Shown here: positions 45,469-55,461 of the stretch, one piece after another
Numbering within the stretch: position 1 is the first letter of the stretch
Layout of the letters: every line of letters starts with the position of its first letter
Source: Christensenellales bacterium
GTDB lineage: Bacteria; Bacillota; Clostridia; Christensenellales; CALWSW01
Direction: 5' to 3'
Length of the DNA stretch: 64,000 nucleotides
NCBI GenBank assembly: GCA_040768925.1
Contig: JAXGLZ010000003.1
Span: 383,688-447,687 of the forward strand
Program-made: the position numbers and the translations under genes
The notes under the pieces: model-generated
Told to the model about the DNA's origin: nothing
The model's input: only the letters and a program-made list of their open reading frames with translations
Database searches by the model: none

Positions 45469-46293
45469 ATGAAAAGAATACTGAGCCTTATTTTGTCTGC
45501 AGTATTATGTGTGGCGCTTGCCGCCTGCAACAACAATCAGGCAGTAAATATTGAGGGCAACGATGAAAATCCGCCTTCCCCTCCCTCGCCAACGGCTCCG
45601 GCAGCGGGGACAGGCACACCGGCGGAACCTGACGAATCCGCCGGCGCTCTTGATGAACTGTATCACGCGTATTTTGCCGCGCTTGAAAACCTGATCCAAA
45701 ACCATATGCTGCCCGACGGCGCCGACGGCGGGGAACAGTTGGGCGATATGTCCGAAAACAAGTTTGCCGTTCATGACGTGGATAACGACGGAAAAGACGA
45801 GCTGATCCTTTTGTATTCCACCACAATTACCGCGGGGATGGCCGGATATGTATTTGCTTATGACCGTGAAGCCGGAACATTGCAAACGCAACTGCAGGAG
45901 TACCCGGCGCTGACTTTTTATGACAACGGCATCGTCAAAGCGCTATGGTCGCATAATCAGGGACATGCCGGCGACGACTTCTGGCCATACAGCCTGTATC
46001 AATACAATCCGGATTCGGATCGTTATGCACTGATTGGCATGGTGGACGCCTGGGACAAAAACTACGCTGAAACAGACGATCAAAGCAATCCGTTTCCAAG
46101 CGATATCGATAAAAGCGGGACGGGGTTCGTTTACTATATTATGGAAGACGGGCAATATGACAATACGCACCCGGTGGATGCGTCCGAATACAATGCGTGG
46201 GTCAACGTTCACATTGGAGACGCTTCGGAAATCCCAATCCAGTATATGGACTTGACGGAAGAAAACATCTTGCGGATAAAAAAGGGATCATGA
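45469..46293 (+). CDS. Hypothetical lipoprotein
   Basis: Signal/lipobox MKRILSLILSAVLCVALAAC, then a Pro-rich linker. No recognisable catalytic motif. Confidence 0.6.
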   Translation: MKRILSLILSAVLCVALAACNNNQAVNIEGNDENPPSPPSPTAPAAGTGTPAEPDESAGALDELYHAYFAALENLIQNHMLPDGADGGEQLGDMSENKFAVHDVDNDGKDELILLYSTTITAGMAGYVFAYDREAGTLQTQLQEYPALTFYDNGIVKALWSHNQGHAGDDFWPYSLYQYNPDSDRYALIGMVDAWDKNYAETDDQSNPFPSDIDKSGTGFVYYIMEDGQYDNTHPVDASEYNAWVNVHIGDASEIPIQYMDLTEENILRIKKGS

Positions 46294-46630
46294 GAAACTG
46301 GGCGGCTTGGTCAAATCGTGTTACGCATGATGTTTAAACCGGACGAGCGTATCGTTGCGATAACGTGAAGAATTCCTTATTTGCCTGCCTTTTAGAATTT
46401 GACGACCGGGCCGCAGAAAAAGAATTCCTTTTTCAGGGCCTGCCGATCGGCTGTTTTGGCTACCCTCGCGCTTCCGCGGGTCGGTCCGACGCTGTTGGCC
46501 GTGGATTTAAAAAGCGGGTTACACATGGACGGATTGCGAGCGAAAAGGAACCGATGGCGGCCGCGATTGGCTCCTTTGCTTTTTTGGTGTAAGCTTAAGT
46601 GACGCTTCATTTTGTGCGGGGGGCTGAATC

Positions 46631-47170
46631 ATGGAAAAAAGAACGCACCCGATTTACAGGGATTACCCCGAACAGCCGTATATTTCGCCCCGGCGGGACC
46701 TGGACGCCTGGGAAAAAACGCCGGAGCGCTTTCCCTATGGCATCGTGGAAAAGCGGCAGATGCAGCGGCTTCCCGAGGGGATCCTTCCGGGGCATGTGGT
46801 CATGCTGTGGCGCATCCATTTCGGCAATTTCACCAACGAGAGCGTGCATCCCCAGTATTTTGAATACCGCTACGGCGTGGACGGCGCGGAATGCATCGAA
46901 ACGCTGATCCGCCTGGGCTACGCGGAAAAATGCGGCGCGAAGGACTCCCTGAGCCTGCTGAACGTGCGGGCGCTGAAGGCGATCCTTTGGGAAAACGGCC
47001 TGGACGCAACGGGCAAAAAGGCGGAGCTGCTGAACCGAATCGCCGGGCGCATTCCGGTGGAAAAGCTGGAGGCAGCCTTCCCCCTGCGGAAATACCGGAT
47101 CACGCCGGAGGGGCAAAGCGTGTTGGAAAAGCACGGCGCGATCATCAAAAGACACGGCCCAAAAATGTAG
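46631..47170 (+). CDS. SAP-domain-containing hypothetical protein
   Basis: LNVRALKAILWENGLDATGKKAELLNRI matches the SAP motif (L..LK..L...GL...GKKAELI.R). Confidence 0.55.
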   Translation: MEKRTHPIYRDYPEQPYISPRRDLDAWEKTPERFPYGIVEKRQMQRLPEGILPGHVVMLWRIHFGNFTNESVHPQYFEYRYGVDGAECIETLIRLGYAEKCGAKDSLSLLNVRALKAILWENGLDATGKKAELLNRIAGRIPVEKLEAAFPLRKYRITPEGQSVLEKHGAIIKRHGPKM

Positions 47171-47187
47171 CGCTGCGCCATCGGCCC

Positions 47188-47231
47188 GCAGAAAAACTCC
47201 GCAAGGCTTGCGCCCTGCGGAGTTTTTCTGC
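47188..47231. terminator. Bidirectional terminator between convergent genes
   Basis: GCAGAAAAACTCCGCA (47188-47203) pairs perfectly with TGCGGAGTTTTTCTGC (47216-47231). Confidence 0.8.
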
Positions 47232-47302
47232 ATCTTATGCTTCGTTCTTCGCCGGTGAATGCACACCGGCTTTTATCTCAATCAATCGGGCGCATGGAAG
47301 GA

Positions 47303-49273
47303 TCAGCCGCCGTTGGAAACAACCGCTCCGGCGATGCGGCCAAAGGTGATCGCATCCGTAATGGCGTTGCCGCCCAGCCTGTTCCCGCCGTGGATGCCTC
47401 CGGTAACCTCTCCGGCGGCGTAAAGCCCGGGGATGATGCTGCCATTGGTATGGTACACGCGGGTCTGGTCGTCGATTTCTATGCCGCCCATCGTATGGTG
47501 TACGGCGGGGGCGCGCAGGCAGGCATAGTAAGGCGGATCGTCTATGCGGGAATTCGGATCAAACACCTTGCGGCCAAATTCTTCGTCCACGCCTTTGTCG
47601 AACGCTTCGTTGAACTTGTTGATCGTGTCCACCAGCACATCCGGGTCCAGATTGATCATGACGGCCAGTTCCTCCAGCGTATCCGCCATATAAGCCTTGC
47701 CGGATTCAAGCAGGAAATCCCTGCTCAGGCCGTAGGCATTGACCATGTTTTCGTCCAGTTCGCTGTTTTTCTGGCTGCTGATCAGCCAGCAGACCGAATC
47801 CGTCTGGCCCAGGATCGCGGCCGCCATCACGTCGCGGCGCGAGTCCTCCGCCACGAAGCGCACGCCTTCCTTATTGATATACGGGCTGGTTCCGTTGCCG
47901 ATGCGGGTGTTGGTTTCACCGGTCACAGGATCGGCGACGGGCAGCAGCTGGATTTTATCCATGCCCACGAGGTTTGCGCCTATCGCCTCCGCCATCATGA
48001 TGCCGTCGCCCACAATGGCCGGGCTGTTGGACGTGGGAACGCTCGCGCCCAGCGTGGGCCACTGGCTGTTGTATTGTTCGCGCATTTCCACATTTGCGCC
48101 AAAGCCGCCGGTTGTTATGATCACACCTTTGGCGCCGAAGAATTCGTAGGGCGTTCCGTCTGCTCCTTCGCACTTCACGCCGGTCACGCGGCCGTTTTCG
48201 AGAATCAGCTCGCTGGCCCGCACCTCATAGAAGAATTCCACGGGCAGGTTGCCCTTCTCGATCGTGCTTGTAAAGGTTTCCACATAGGCCAGGCCGCTTT
48301 TGTACTCCGTTGCCTGATGGGCGCGCTGCCAAAGCACTCCCTGCGCCGTCTTCGTGGTATCCGGCCATTTCAAGCCGTGAGCGCTCAGCCAGTTCACGGT
48401 GTTGAGCGCTTCGCTGCACATTTTTTCGATCAGAACCGGATTCCCGAAATAATCGCCGTCCACATAGGTCTGAATCATGTGGAATTCCGGCGAATCGAAC
48501 AGCGATGTGCTGCCCGATTGCAGGTAAGCGTCAAACTGCGCCTTCAGCGTATTCTGCCACTTTTCCATCGCCGCGTCGTGGGGTTCCATATCGATGTAGT
48601 TCTGAACGGTTCCCTTGAGGGCGTCCGTCATTTGCAGGTTTGCCTGTCTTTCGGGGTCCGCGGCGTTCAGCAGCCCCAGGGCGAGCTTTGTGTTGCCGCC
48701 CAGCGAAGCGGTTTTTTCGATCACGACCACGGTCGCGCCGTTTTCCGCCGCCGCGGTAGCAGCCGAAAGGCCCGCCCCGCCGCCGCCGATGATCACGACA
48801 TCCACGGTCTTGGATACCAGCGCGCCCGCGGTTTTCACGATTTCGACGTTCATCAGCGCTTCGACATTGCCGCCCGCCTGATTGACACAATCCTTGACGG
48901 CTTCGATCAACGCTTCGCTGGTGATCGTGGCTCCGGCTACGGTGTCGACCTTCAGGGACTGGTACTCGACAATCTGCGCGGGTATGCGCTCGATCGGAAT
49001 GTCGCCAATTCCTTCGGTTTCTTCATGCTGAAGAACTTTAACCTCTGTGATCTTGTTCGAATCGAAGGTAACTTCCACCACCATTTCGGCATTTCTGCCT
49101 CTTGCGGTCGATGAATAGGTTCCGGGTGTATAAACGCCCTCGGCAGCCGCATCCGGCGTATTCTGACCGGCTGTGACCGTTGGTTCCGGTTGGGCGAAAG
49201 TCTGAGAGCATGCGACGAAAGTGAGGAAAAACACCGCGCTCAGCAAAAGCACGAACAGCTTTTTACGATTCAT
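47303..49273 (-). CDS. Lipoprotein FMN-bind + FAD-dependent flavocytochrome c-family reductase (module 3)
   Basis: Lipobox FFLTFVAC, motif DTVAGATITS, VVIIGGGGAGLSAA, C-terminal GLYAAGEVTGG. Confidence 0.8.
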   Translation of the reverse strand: MNRKKLFVLLLSAVFFLTFVACSQTFAQPEPTVTAGQNTPDAAAEGVYTPGTYSSTARGRNAEMVVEVTFDSNKITEVKVLQHEETEGIGDIPIERIPAQIVEYQSLKVDTVAGATITSEALIEAVKDCVNQAGGNVEALMNVEIVKTAGALVSKTVDVVIIGGGGAGLSAATAAAENGATVVVIEKTASLGGNTKLALGLLNAADPERQANLQMTDALKGTVQNYIDMEPHDAAMEKWQNTLKAQFDAYLQSGSTSLFDSPEFHMIQTYVDGDYFGNPVLIEKMCSEALNTVNWLSAHGLKWPDTTKTAQGVLWQRAHQATEYKSGLAYVETFTSTIEKGNLPVEFFYEVRASELILENGRVTGVKCEGADGTPYEFFGAKGVIITTGGFGANVEMREQYNSQWPTLGASVPTSNSPAIVGDGIMMAEAIGANLVGMDKIQLLPVADPVTGETNTRIGNGTSPYINKEGVRFVAEDSRRDVMAAAILGQTDSVCWLISSQKNSELDENMVNAYGLSRDFLLESGKAYMADTLEELAVMINLDPDVLVDTINKFNEAFDKGVDEEFGRKVFDPNSRIDDPPYYACLRAPAVHHTMGGIEIDDQTRVYHTNGSIIPGLYAAGEVTGGIHGGNRLGGNAITDAITFGRIAGAVVSNGG

Positions 49274-49358
49274 TTGTACTCCCTCTTATTCCTCTGTTCT
49301 GCAGTTGGATTGAACATCTCCTATGAGATTCAAAAGACCGGCACATGTGCTTATATTC

Positions 49359-49389
49359 ACCATAAACCCTCAAGCATATTGAAAGTCAA
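49359..49389 (-). promoter_or_regulatory. MerR-type promoter with 19-bp spacer (module 3)
   Basis: On the minus strand: TTGACT (49389-49384), 19 bp TTCAATATGCTTGAGGGTT, then TATGGT (49364-49359). Confidence 0.55.
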
Positions 49390-49417
49390 TATTTTATATC
49401 AAAAAAATATCAATGCT

Positions 49418-50236
49418 TTATTTTTTTGCCTTAACGGGCAAAAAAACCTCATAATAACGCACGCATTTGTCAGACGACCTATGTATAACGATAATCATTC
49501 TCGTATAAGCTTCCTCCAGCGGAACGCATCCATGGTCCAGCGCATACGCATAAACGCCTTGGAACGCATTGATCCCGATCAGCGGATCGGGGCTGCTTAC
49601 CTTAAGAACCGTGCGCACCGCGAGACCCTTGGGCGTCCTGCGGATGTTTTTGCTATCCCGGATGCCCAGGATCTCCGCATCCTCTTCCAGAATACCCAGC
49701 CCGGCATAATAGTCCTGTACGGAATCCCGCATGGATTCCACGGGAATGCGCAACGAAATAAATGAAAGCGGCGCAAGGGCGGACCATTGCGGAAATTGCT
49801 TCAACGATTCGGAGTCTTTCATCAAAACGCCGTTGTGGTGATAATCAATCCGCAGGATGCCCGGATGCTCCTGCATGCGGCATACGCCGGCATCGCGCTC
49901 GCATCCGGCGATCAGCTGATTCAACTCCTTCAGACGGACAAGGCAGCGCATCTGACGCTCAATTTCCTGCTGCATGCGCGCTTCCTGCCCTACCAGCGCG
50001 CGGTATGACTGCTCCAGATCATAATCATTGATCAGGCTGGCTGCTTCGGATAGGCTCAGTCCAAACTGCGCATAGGAACGGCAGCGCAGCATTGTGCCAA
50101 TGTCCAGCGCATGGAAAAGGCGATAACCGGATTCCTCATCCTTCTCGGTCTTCAATACGCCTTTTTTTTCATATAACCGGACCGCCTCCGAAGAAACGCC
50201 GATGATCTTTGCGATTTGGCTGATTTTGTATTTCAC
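49418..50236 (-). CDS. MerR-family regulator with C-terminal effector domain (module 3)
   Basis: YKISQIAKIIGVSSEAVRLYEKKGVLKTEKDEESGYRLF. GTG 50236 after AAGGAAG is preferred over the ORF-track GTG at 50284. Confidence 0.8.
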   Translation of the reverse strand: MKYKISQIAKIIGVSSEAVRLYEKKGVLKTEKDEESGYRLFHALDIGTMLRCRSYAQFGLSLSEAASLINDYDLEQSYRALVGQEARMQQEIERQMRCLVRLKELNQLIAGCERDAGVCRMQEHPGILRIDYHHNGVLMKDSESLKQFPQWSALAPLSFISLRIPVESMRDSVQDYYAGLGILEEDAEILGIRDSKNIRRTPKGLAVRTVLKVSSPDPLIGINAFQGVYAYALDHGCVPLEEAYTRMIIVIHRSSDKCVRYYEVFLPVKAKK

Positions 50237-50900
50237 ATCACACTTCCTTTTACCTGCCGACACACGGATGAATTTCAATCTCACTCACATTCTGTTTGAG
50301 CCCATGGAAATCCATATTGTATTTACTATAACACACAAACGTGCATAAGAAATCAGAATAGTGTGAATTGAGACAGCAGTTGGCAAAATCCCGTTTGCGG
50401 GCTTTTGACTTTAAGCATAGCGCACGAATCCGAATCCGCCTAAAAGGCCGCCAAAGATATGCCGGAATCGAAAGGGGGAGCGACAGGCCGTCTGCGCCAT
50501 GCGCGTCAGGTTAAAAGCAGCTTCTATGCGAGCGAAGAAGCGTGCCGGCAATGCCACAACAGGTGCGCGGGCTCCAGCAATGGCAGCTGGATGGGGATAG
50601 CACGGCCGAAAAAAGAAAAAAACGTAGAAGGAAGGTACGATAGGAAGCAAAGCAGGGTTGGGGATTACCCCAACCCCGCTTTATTTCAGTGGGAGTATTC
50701 GCTTCCAATTTACCCCCGTAGCGGCATAAATAGGCTGAATCCGCTTTGCAACGGAATTACATGACCAAGGATAAAGAACACGCTGTCAGCACGAAACCGA
50801 AAGATCACCATTCGCAAATTGTTTACGAACAGTTGGAACATTTTGCGTGGCAGCAAACAGGGCTGAAAGAAATCCAAGCCCTGTTTGAGTATAGTTTTGC

Positions 50901-51110
50901 TTAGGATACACGCCTTAAGCATGCCGTTTTTTTGATATCAATGCCGTAGAGCTGCTTCATCAGGCGAACCGCATCCTGGTTGACCTGCGGTTTTGTTTCC
51001 GTTCCCGCCGAATAACTCTCAAAAACATCACCGGCAAGATGTTTGCCCAGAGCCTCCGCAATCTGGCTGCGGCAGGCGTTGTGCGCGCAGATAAACGCTG
51101 CTTTTATCAT
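50901..51110 (-). pseudogene. arsC: Arsenate reductase (LMW-PTPase type), N-terminal ~60 aa only
   Basis: The CX5R loop [15 protein letters not shown] is present. Homology stops after ...MKQLYGIDI and the ORF ends in unrelated lower-GC sequence. Family members are about 130 aa. Confidence 0.7.
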
Positions 51111-51122
51111 ACCCTGCCCTCC

Positions 51123-52859
51123 TTAAAGCGCCAGCAGGCGTTCCCCCCTGATCTCCCCGGCGCTCCATGTGATCAGCGCGAATTTGCCGCCCGCGTGCTC
51201 ATCAATCCGGTTGAGCCATTCGACCTCGTTTTCCGCTTTTGCAACCAGCATGGGATTCGTCGTGTTCGTACCATAAAGAGACTGATTGACGACCCACCAT
51301 TTGGCGGCGATGCCCGCGCGCTTCAGATCACCCTCCAGCCGCAATGCTTCATAAACGGGAGTTGCTTCGGCCAGAGCCACAAGAATAACCTCGGTTTCGT
51401 CGGATTTCAGCCGGGGCAACAGCCTCGCTACCGAACCGGGGATTTCGCCCTTGGTGCGCTGGATTTCGTGGTTGTAGCTTTGCGTGGATTCCAACAAAAG
51501 CAGGGTGTGCCCGGTGGGCGCGGTGTCGATCACCACCACCTGATCGTCGGCTTTTTCCACGATCTCCGCAAAGGCGCGGAACACGGCGATCTCCTGCGTG
51601 CAGGGGGAACGCAAATCCTCTTCCACATAGGCGATGTCCCCGTCGCTCATGCCGGACGCACGGGCTTTAAAAAGAACCTCGCCCTGGTACTTTTTTAGTT
51701 CTTCGGCCTCGTCGATATGGCTCATGGATACGCCGCTCGTTTCGTCCAGCACGAATTTGAGGTGCGCGGCGGGGTCGGTGGTGGTGAGGTGGACTTTCTT
51801 CCCGCGCTTCGCAAGGCCCAAAGCAACGGCGGCGGCCACGGTGGTCTTGCCCACGCCGCCTTTGCCCATGGTGAAAATGACGCGCTTTCCTTGCGCCGCC
51901 AGCTCGTCGATCACGTCGTTCAGCGTGGGAATATGGGCGGCGTTCAATGTTTGTGCATGGGCGGTCACATGGTCGGTGTGGAGCAGAGCGCGCACGTTCT
52001 CCAGTCCAGTGACGTTATAGGCCCGCAGGGGAACCAAATAGAGCGGGAATGAACGCAAGCTTTCCGGCATTGCGGCAAGGGCGGATCGCTGTTTTTCATA
52101 TAAGCTGAATGACAAGGCGTCGCTATGTTCCATCAGTACGCCGTTGATAATCAGCACCTGATTGTTGACGCCCAGCGCGGCAAGCTCGCCGGAAGCCCGT
52201 TCCGCTTCTTTAAAGGGGGCGGTTTCCGGGCGGGTGACGAGGATCAGGGTGGTCAGGCTGCCGTCCGCCAGTGTTTCAACCGCCTGCTTGTAGATGGCTT
52301 TCTTGCTCTCCAGGCCGGAAAGCTGGCCCAGGCAGGACGCGCCGTGGGTGCTTTCGCTGATGAAATTGCTCCACGCGGACGGAAGCTGGAGCATGCGCAG
52401 GGTGTGACCGGTGGGTGCGGTATCAAAAATAATATGATCGTATTCCTGCTGCACTCTATCGTCCGTGATAAAACCCGAAAACTCGTTGAACGCTGCGATC
52501 TCGATGGTGCAGGAGCCGGAAAGCTGTTCCTCCATGTTGGCGATCACAGATTCCGGCAGCTTACCGCGGTAAGGCGCGATCACGCTCTCCCGATATTCAG
52601 CCGCGGCCTGGATGGGGTCGAGGTTCGCCACCGCTAAATTTGGAACGCCGGGGATGGGCGTTCCCTTGTTGGTCAGTTCCATCGAGAATACGTCCTGCAA
52701 GTTGGAAGCCGGATCGGTGCTGATGAGCAGCACGCGCTTTCCGCTGTCCGCCAGCGATACGGCGGTGGCGCAGGCGACGCTGGTTTTGCCAACGCCGCCC
52801 TTGCCGGTATAAAAAAGATATTTGGTCAGCTTAATATTGTGGGGATCAAACGAATCCAT
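51123..52859 (-). CDS. arsA: Arsenite-stimulated ATPase ArsA (two-domain)
   Basis: Duplicated GKGGVGKT P-loops and duplicated DTAPTGHTL signal-transduction motifs. Confidence 0.9.
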   Translation of the reverse strand: MDSFDPHNIKLTKYLFYTGKGGVGKTSVACATAVSLADSGKRVLLISTDPASNLQDVFSMELTNKGTPIPGVPNLAVANLDPIQAAAEYRESVIAPYRGKLPESVIANMEEQLSGSCTIEIAAFNEFSGFITDDRVQQEYDHIIFDTAPTGHTLRMLQLPSAWSNFISESTHGASCLGQLSGLESKKAIYKQAVETLADGSLTTLILVTRPETAPFKEAERASGELAALGVNNQVLIINGVLMEHSDALSFSLYEKQRSALAAMPESLRSFPLYLVPLRAYNVTGLENVRALLHTDHVTAHAQTLNAAHIPTLNDVIDELAAQGKRVIFTMGKGGVGKTTVAAAVALGLAKRGKKVHLTTTDPAAHLKFVLDETSGVSMSHIDEAEELKKYQGEVLFKARASGMSDGDIAYVEEDLRSPCTQEIAVFRAFAEIVEKADDQVVVIDTAPTGHTLLLLESTQSYNHEIQRTKGEIPGSVARLLPRLKSDETEVILVALAEATPVYEALRLEGDLKRAGIAAKWWVVNQSLYGTNTTNPMLVAKAENEVEWLNRIDEHAGGKFALITWSAGEIRGERLLAL

Positions 52860-53255
52860 TTAACAGCAGCCCCCTTTGCAATTGCAGCCGCCGGGTTTCT
52901 TCCTGACGATCTTGCCCGTCATAGGCTCGCCCGGCTTACCCAGCACATTTTCGGGAAGGTCGAGCAGCTTTGCGAATTCCCCGTTGGTAGGATAACGGCC
53001 TGTGATCACAATTTCGCCGTCAACAATTACGGCGGGCAATCCCTCCGCCCCTTTTTCGTTGATATAGGCGTTGATAGTCTGATCGGTGATGAATTCGGCC
53101 GGCGCGCTGTTAAGGTTGAAGCGGTCGACGGTAATGCCTTGCTTTTTCAGCGTATCCAGCACGGCGGAGATGCGCAGCAATTCGGGGTCTACGCCCACGC
53201 CGCAAAGCCCGGTGGGGCAGCACATGGCGGGTTCAAAGATCTTCATTTTTTTCAT
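52860..53255 (-). CDS. arsD: Arsenic metallochaperone/repressor ArsD
   Basis: MKKMKIFEPAMCCPTGLCG (Cys12/13/18 context). AAAGGAG RBS before ATG 53255. Cys-rich tail. Confidence 0.85.
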   Translation of the reverse strand: MKKMKIFEPAMCCPTGLCGVGVDPELLRISAVLDTLKKQGITVDRFNLNSAPAEFITDQTINAYINEKGAEGLPAVIVDGEIVITGRYPTNGEFAKLLDLPENVLGKPGEPMTGKIVRKKPGGCNCKGGCC

Positions 53256-53312
53256 AGCAGACAACTCCTTTAAATAGGGTTTCATTAACAACCGCCGATG
53301 GGCGATATTGCG

Positions 53313-53840
53313 TTACTTGTTTTCCGCCTCGTCCTTGCGGGCCTTGGCGGTAAAATACATTACCAAATTCTCGGGAAGATGATAGGGTTCACGTTCCGGT
53401 GCGCTCCGCTCCGGGCCATAAACTTCCCGCAGGATGGCGTTTACGATCAGCTCCTTCGGAGGCGCTGTGTATTCGGCGCCATTGTATTCCCAAACGCGGC
53501 AATCCATGGTATCGCCGCAAAGTGTTCCGCAATCTTCGCAGACCGATTCCCGCAATTCGACGGCGATATCGTTCCCGTTCACGCGGATGGTGGGCGAGCT
53601 GACAAACCGGTAGCGCACGGCCAGCTCCCTCGTGGTGATGTTCACTTTGTTAACCTTGACCTCATATCCGGCTGCGTTAAGCACCCCGGCAACGCTGGCA
53701 ACCGCTTCATCCAGCGCCGCTTCCGCGCCTTGGCATCTGCCGCAAATCGTGGTGTCCAGATACAGGAAGTCAATAAAAATTGGTTTTTTCAGCTGTGTCT
53801 GCCCACAGCAGTTTTCGGCGGAACAACAACACTTACCCAT
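53313..53840 (-). CDS. DUF2703-like thioredoxin-fold protein associated with ars operons
   Basis: IDFLYLDTTICGRCQG...VSSPTIRVNGNDI. ATG 53840 overlaps the arsR stop by 8 nt; the ORF-track start at 54005 lies inside arsR. Confidence 0.55.
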   Translation of the reverse strand: MGKCCCSAENCCGQTQLKKPIFIDFLYLDTTICGRCQGAEAALDEAVASVAGVLNAAGYEVKVNKVNITTRELAVRYRFVSSPTIRVNGNDIAVELRESVCEDCGTLCGDTMDCRVWEYNGAEYTAPPKELIVNAILREVYGPERSAPEREPYHLPENLVMYFTAKARKDEAENK

Positions 53841-54168
53841 TCCCCTCACATCCTTTCGGGTAGTTTGCATTCTCCTTGCAAATGCAGTTTTCCTTATCGG
53901 AGGTGATGGCGCACAAAAACTGCATGGTTTTGCGAAGGGTATCCTCATCCAGCGAGTAATACGTCCACTTTCCTTCCTCTCTGCCTTTGACAAGCCCGCA
54001 CGCACACAAGAGCTTCATGTGATGGGACAGCGTGGATTGGGACATTTCGAACTTCTCCAGAATTTTGCAGGCGCAAAGCTCACCGCAAGAGAGCATATCC
54101 ACGATCATGGCTCTTTTGGGTTCGCCCAACGCCTTGAATACTTTTGTATGTTCCAGGTAGTTTTCCAT
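53833..54168 (-). CDS. arsR: ArsR/SmtB-family metalloregulator
   Basis: FKALGEPKRAMIVDMLSCGELCACKILEKFEMSQSTLSHHMKLL: an ELCxC metal site followed by a wHTH. Confidence 0.9.
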   Translation of the reverse strand: MENYLEHTKVFKALGEPKRAMIVDMLSCGELCACKILEKFEMSQSTLSHHMKLLCACGLVKGREEGKWTYYSLDEDTLRKTMQFLCAITSDKENCICKENANYPKGCEGNG

Positions 54169-54357
54169 ATCGACACCTCAAATCTATTGACTTCGATACG
54201 GCCATTGTATGCGCCAAATCGAAAAACGTCAATATAATATCGCAAAAATACCAAAAAATCTAAAAGTTTTCATCGCAATGCTGCAGGAAACAGCGAAAAC
54301 GGAGATCGGAAGGTATGGAGGCTTTGCCATGCACCTGGCTTTTGACAGCTTTTATAA

Positions 54358-54662
54358 GCAGTATATCCTCACACTCAAGGCGCGATGGGCCACAAGATCG
54401 CACTGGGGACGGACGCGCGCGGGACCCTCACGCCCGTGGACAACGCTCTCTCCCAGATGCCGGAGCGCATCCTGCGCATGCAGGCGCCACTTGATAACTG
54501 TATGCCCCAGGTGGAAGCTAAAAAGGCAGAGATCAGCAAACACTTCCCCCAGGAGGCGGAGCTTCAGCAGAAACCTGCCCGCTGGTTGAGCTGACGGCGC
54601 AACCGGACATGGATGGCAAAATCCGCCAACACCGGGCAGAAACAACACGGCTGAAAAAATGA
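54358..54662 (+). pseudogene. Frameshifted C-terminal fragment of a large ICE/conjugative-element helicase-methylase-type protein
   Basis: LGTDARGTLTPVDNALSQMPERILRMQAPLDNC...AKKAEISKHFPQEAELQQK resembles, from memory, the conserved C-terminus of those proteins. The expected continuation (LVELTAQPDMDG) is in another frame. Confidence 0.4.
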
Positions 54663-55031
54663 AAAGAAGTGAAAGAACTGAACGAAAACAAACCGAAATA
54701 GGGCCGGCGAAAAAAACGGCACCGTTTCACCCATTTTCACACAAGGGTTGCGGCAATGCCAATTGTGCCTCTATAATATTGGAGCCTTTTCCGGCCCGAG
54801 TTTTCTCTACAATGCGCAATTTTTCTTCTTTGCTATAAAGCCTTTTCCAAAGATCATTTGACAGCCTTTTTTAAGGCTGCACAGCTTCAAACAGAAGCAA
54901 TGTGCATCGAATCAAATAAGCCGGAGATGTACTTGCTTGCTCAAGACGCAAAGAGTGATTGCCAAGATGACAAGTAGAAAAAGGCGCTTGGGCGCGATGC
55001 CCGAAGCGCCTTTCTGAAGTTATAGTCGTTT

Positions 55032-55445
55032 TTACTCGTCTTTCGGAGCGCGGAACGCCTCTGCTACCGCTTCCTCCAGGTCATAATATATAATGCGGCT
55101 GTCAGCGTCAAAGTGTCCTTTCACGCGATAGCGCATCATAGGGTCATAGTCGTCTATAAGCGCCTTAATCGGCTCCGCGATATTCTTGTTGCCTGTGCTC
55201 GTCGTCTGCGATTGTTCCGCTTTCGGCTTGGAAAATGGGACTGATTTCACTTCGTTGCTTTTGCAGAATTTAATAGCAAACACCTTCTGTTCCGGGCTGA
55301 TGCAATACTGTACAAAGGCCGGATAATTCAAATCCTCTAAAACGCGCTTGGTAAATGTGATGCCGCCGCGGTTGACAAACATATCCGGGGTGAGGTTTAC
55401 GTTGGCGTCGATCAACTCAAAACTGATGTTAGTGAAGTCTTTCAT
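55032..55445 (-). CDS. Hypothetical protein downstream of the serine recombinase
   Basis: ATG 55445 is preceded by AAGGA. A terminator hairpin (AGGCGCTT/AAGCGCCT, about 54981-55013) follows. No recognisable motif. Confidence 0.5.
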   Translation of the reverse strand: MKDFTNISFELIDANVNLTPDMFVNRGGITFTKRVLEDLNYPAFVQYCISPEQKVFAIKFCKSNEVKSVPFSKPKAEQSQTTSTGNKNIAEPIKALIDDYDPMMRYRVKGHFDADSRIIYYDLEEAVAEAFRAPKDE

Positions 55446-55461
55446 TTCAAAAATCCTTTCT

